DNA of 25,978 nt from Candidatus Micrarchaeota archaeon. Its GTDB lineage: Archaea > Micrarchaeota > Micrarchaeia > Anstonellales > Anstonellaceae. Shown piece by piece: positions 23,934-25,978 of the stretch (position 1 is the stretch's first letter; each line of letters starts with the position of its first letter). Position numbers and translations under genes: made by a program. Below the pieces are notes generated by a model. It made no database searches. It was not told the origin of the DNA and was given only the letters and a program-made list of their open reading frames with translations. The stretch lies in the NCBI GenBank assembly GCA_026396335.1, contig JAPLWZ010000016.1, positions 1 to 25,978 on the forward strand, read 5' to 3'.

Positions 23934-24803
23934 CTAAACGCTTATCTTCAATCCGTCAACTGCAATAAGAGTGTTGGGAAAAATCTTTTTCGCCTCATCA
24001 AGAAGGGGCGTTGTGTCCCTGTACCTGCCTGATATGTGCGTGAGGAGGAGTTTGCCTGCGCCTGCTTTTTTTGCCACTGCTGCTGCCTGCGCTGCGGTTG
24101 AGTGGTGCGCCTCTTTTGCTTCCTCTTTCTTGTCCTCTGCGAATGTGGATTCGTGAATTAGGAGATCTGCGCCTTTTGCCGCTTTTGCAACTGATGCAGA
24201 GGGCGCCGTGTCGCCAGTGTAAATGATTTTCTTTCCTGCCTGTTTGTAAGTGATGCTTTTCAGGAGAATTTTTTTCTTCCCGATTTTAATCTCGCCCTTT
24301 TCCTGTATTTCGCGGAACATCTGCCCCTTCAAGCCCGCCGCATGCGCTTTTTCCTCGTGGAAGCGCAAGCGTTCCTTCTCCTTAAGTGAGTAGCCGAAGC
24401 AATTCTTGTCGTGCTCCGCAATAAATGCAGAGACAGAAAACTCACCAAAGTCCGCGACTGCGCCTGCCTCTTCGAGTTCGACTATTTCCAAGAAGTCTTT
24501 TTTGTTGAATATTGCACGGCTTCCTTTGGGGCCGTAGAGAACGAGTTTTTCAGTGCGCCCGTTGAGCGCCATTGTTTCTATTAGCCCGATTGCCCCGAGG
24601 AAATGGTCCATGTGGAGATGAGTGATGAATATTGCGTTTACCTTCATGTAAGAGAGCCCGAAGCGCATCATCTGCCGCTGTGTGCCCTCGCCGCAGTCAA
24701 GAAGAAGCACGTTGCCGTTGTGGCGCACTGCTATCCCCGCGAGGTTGCGCTCCGCTGTTGGCGTGCCTGCAGATGTGCCGAGCATGGTTACTTCGAATGA
24801 CAT
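23934..24803 (-). CDS. rnz: Ribonuclease Z
   Basis: LGTSAGTPT, DCGEGTQ, THLHMDH (HxHxDH), flexible arm region, YTGDT, LIHEST, THISGRY. Confidence 0.95.
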   Translation of the reverse strand: MSFEVTMLGTSAGTPTAERNLAGIAVRHNGNVLLLDCGEGTQRQMMRFGLSYMKVNAIFITHLHMDHFLGAIGLIETMALNGRTEKLVLYGPKGSRAIFNKKDFLEIVELEEAGAVADFGEFSVSAFIAEHDKNCFGYSLKEKERLRFHEEKAHAAGLKGQMFREIQEKGEIKIGKKKILLKSITYKQAGKKIIYTGDTAPSASVAKAAKGADLLIHESTFAEDKKEEAKEAHHSTAAQAAAVAKKAGAGKLLLTHISGRYRDTTPLLDEAKKIFPNTLIAVDGLKISV

Positions 24804-24828
24804 GGAATAAGTAGGCAGAGAAGCGCTG

Positions 24829-25623
24829 TTAAACCTTCGCGTCAGCCCTTATCAGATTAGGCGCATCCGAATGGAAAAGAATTACTGTATTGAAAAACAG
24901 GTCTGGATAAACCCCAATTGTGAACCCCCTCTTGGTAAGGGTTTTTTTGACGTTTTTGATATTGAATCCGGCAAGAGGGACATCTGCCGCCAGGATGCCG
25001 CCTTTTTCAAGGCAGTACGCATACTTCAGGAGACGTTCTTTCAGCAACTGAGGCCCCTGGTAATATGCTGCCCCCAGCACTGAAACTATTACATCCTGCG
25101 TCTTAGGGGGGGCATACGTTTCGGAATTGCCAATAAATATAGAATCGATATTGCTATCGCGGAGTTCCGGGAACCACGTCAGGGAAGTGGCTGTCGTTTC
25201 AGATTCTATACCCCGATCCGCAAGCATGCGCTTGATTTCCTTGAGAAAAATTCCACTGCCCGCCCCATCGTCCATTATCCGCAGGGGTCTCCCGGTGCGG
25301 CTTTTGGAGATTTGCACTAGAATATCGATCAGCTCCTTTGAAACAAACCCGAGGTGCATCCAGGGGTAATTGAAATGGGCGTTATAATGCGCATAGCCCC
25401 TTGTTGTCTGGTAAAACGATTTGTAAACGGGCTCGCGCGCGTTAATGTCCTTTTCCTTCGCATTCTTAAGACACTGGACGGACACACCGTAGAGTTCCTC
25501 GGAAGAATTCAGCTTCTTCCATATCGTCTCAACCTGAAGCTCAGCCATTTTGAGAATTCCTTTGCAAGTGGCGGTTTGCACAGAATTTACGGAGATTTCA
25601 CCAGGGGTTTTCTTCAGTTTCAT
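24829..25623 (-). CDS. Class I SAM-dependent methyltransferase, substrate unknown
   Basis: Motif I IMDDGAGSG, QDVIVSV (motif IV-like), LEKGGIL (motif V/VI-like). Confidence 0.72.
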   Translation of the reverse strand: MKLKKTPGEISVNSVQTATCKGILKMAELQVETIWKKLNSSEELYGVSVQCLKNAKEKDINAREPVYKSFYQTTRGYAHYNAHFNYPWMHLGFVSKELIDILVQISKSRTGRPLRIMDDGAGSGIFLKEIKRMLADRGIESETTATSLTWFPELRDSNIDSIFIGNSETYAPPKTQDVIVSVLGAAYYQGPQLLKERLLKYAYCLEKGGILAADVPLAGFNIKNVKKTLTKRGFTIGVYPDLFFNTVILFHSDAPNLIRADAKV

Positions 25624-25692
25624 AACACCAGCCTAAGCTGGGAATATGGTAATACGTGTTTTTAAATGATGTATCGGCTGCCGTGATTTTTT

Positions 25693-25977
25693 TCAGTCCT
25701 TGCTCTTGAGAAGGTAGGCACCCGTGATTATTATCACGATTACAAGTGCGGTGAGCGTGATCAATGGATTATCCTCTAGGAATGCGACCGGGTCGTTTGA
25801 GTTGCCTTCTGGCTTGAGCGAGTCGAGGAAATTCCGGTCTGCAGAAAGGTTGGCGATTTGCGTGAGATCCGCCTGTGCGGTTCCATTTGATGCGCTTGCT
25901 GTGCCGTTAACGTTTGAGCCGTTGCCAAGCAGGGCGTTTTTGAACGAGGTTATCAGATCGGTTGCGGATTCCTGTGC
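25693..25977 (-). CDS. C-terminal part of a membrane-anchored, probably glycosylated surface protein (5' end outside window)
   Basis: Hand translation AQESATDLITSFKNALLGNGSNVNGTASASNGT...LITLTALVIVIIITGAYLLKSKD*; four N-x-S/T sequons, TM helix and a short basic tail. Confidence 0.75.
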   Translation of the reverse strand, partial: AQESATDLITSFKNALLGNGSNVNGTASASNGTAQADLTQIANLSADRNFLDSLKPEGNSNDPVAFLEDNPLITLTALVIVIIITGAYLLKSKD

Positions 25978-25978
25978 G

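Overview
Archaeal chromosomal window, most likely DPANN and Micrarchaeota-like. This is inferred from the split GMP synthase, class III signal-peptide pilins, RPA-type N-terminus, intron-containing tRNA, GGTGG/GGTGA ribosome-binding sites and TATA promoters. Left part: two tandem paralogous Ig-module surface proteins (1644 aa, and a >=597 aa paralog that the ORF track missed because it runs off the window), a frameshifted geranylgeranyl-reductase-family gene, NAD kinase, a PfkB kinase, an RPA-like OB-fold protein, a pilin and a membrane-anchored beta-sandwich protein. Middle: a 5.3-kb integrative element bounded by a 13-bp direct repeat of the 3' end of an intron-containing tRNA-Leu(CAA). It carries only a fused type IIG/IIL restriction-modification enzyme, an AT-rich ~4-TM small protein, a ~500-bp non-coding region packed with two families of ordered repeats, and a zinc-ribbon tyrosine integrase. 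Directly upstream of the tRNA is a hairpin containing a second 13-bp copy of the tRNA 5' end paired to an antisense copy. Right part: guaAA/guaAB, a surface protein with a His-rich tail, three pilin-like genes (one apparently frameshifted), an M42 aminopeptidase, RNase Z, a SAM methyltransferase and the end of a membrane-anchored protein. Product calls come from motif recognition by eye and GC values are hand counts of 60-nt lines; no searches were run.
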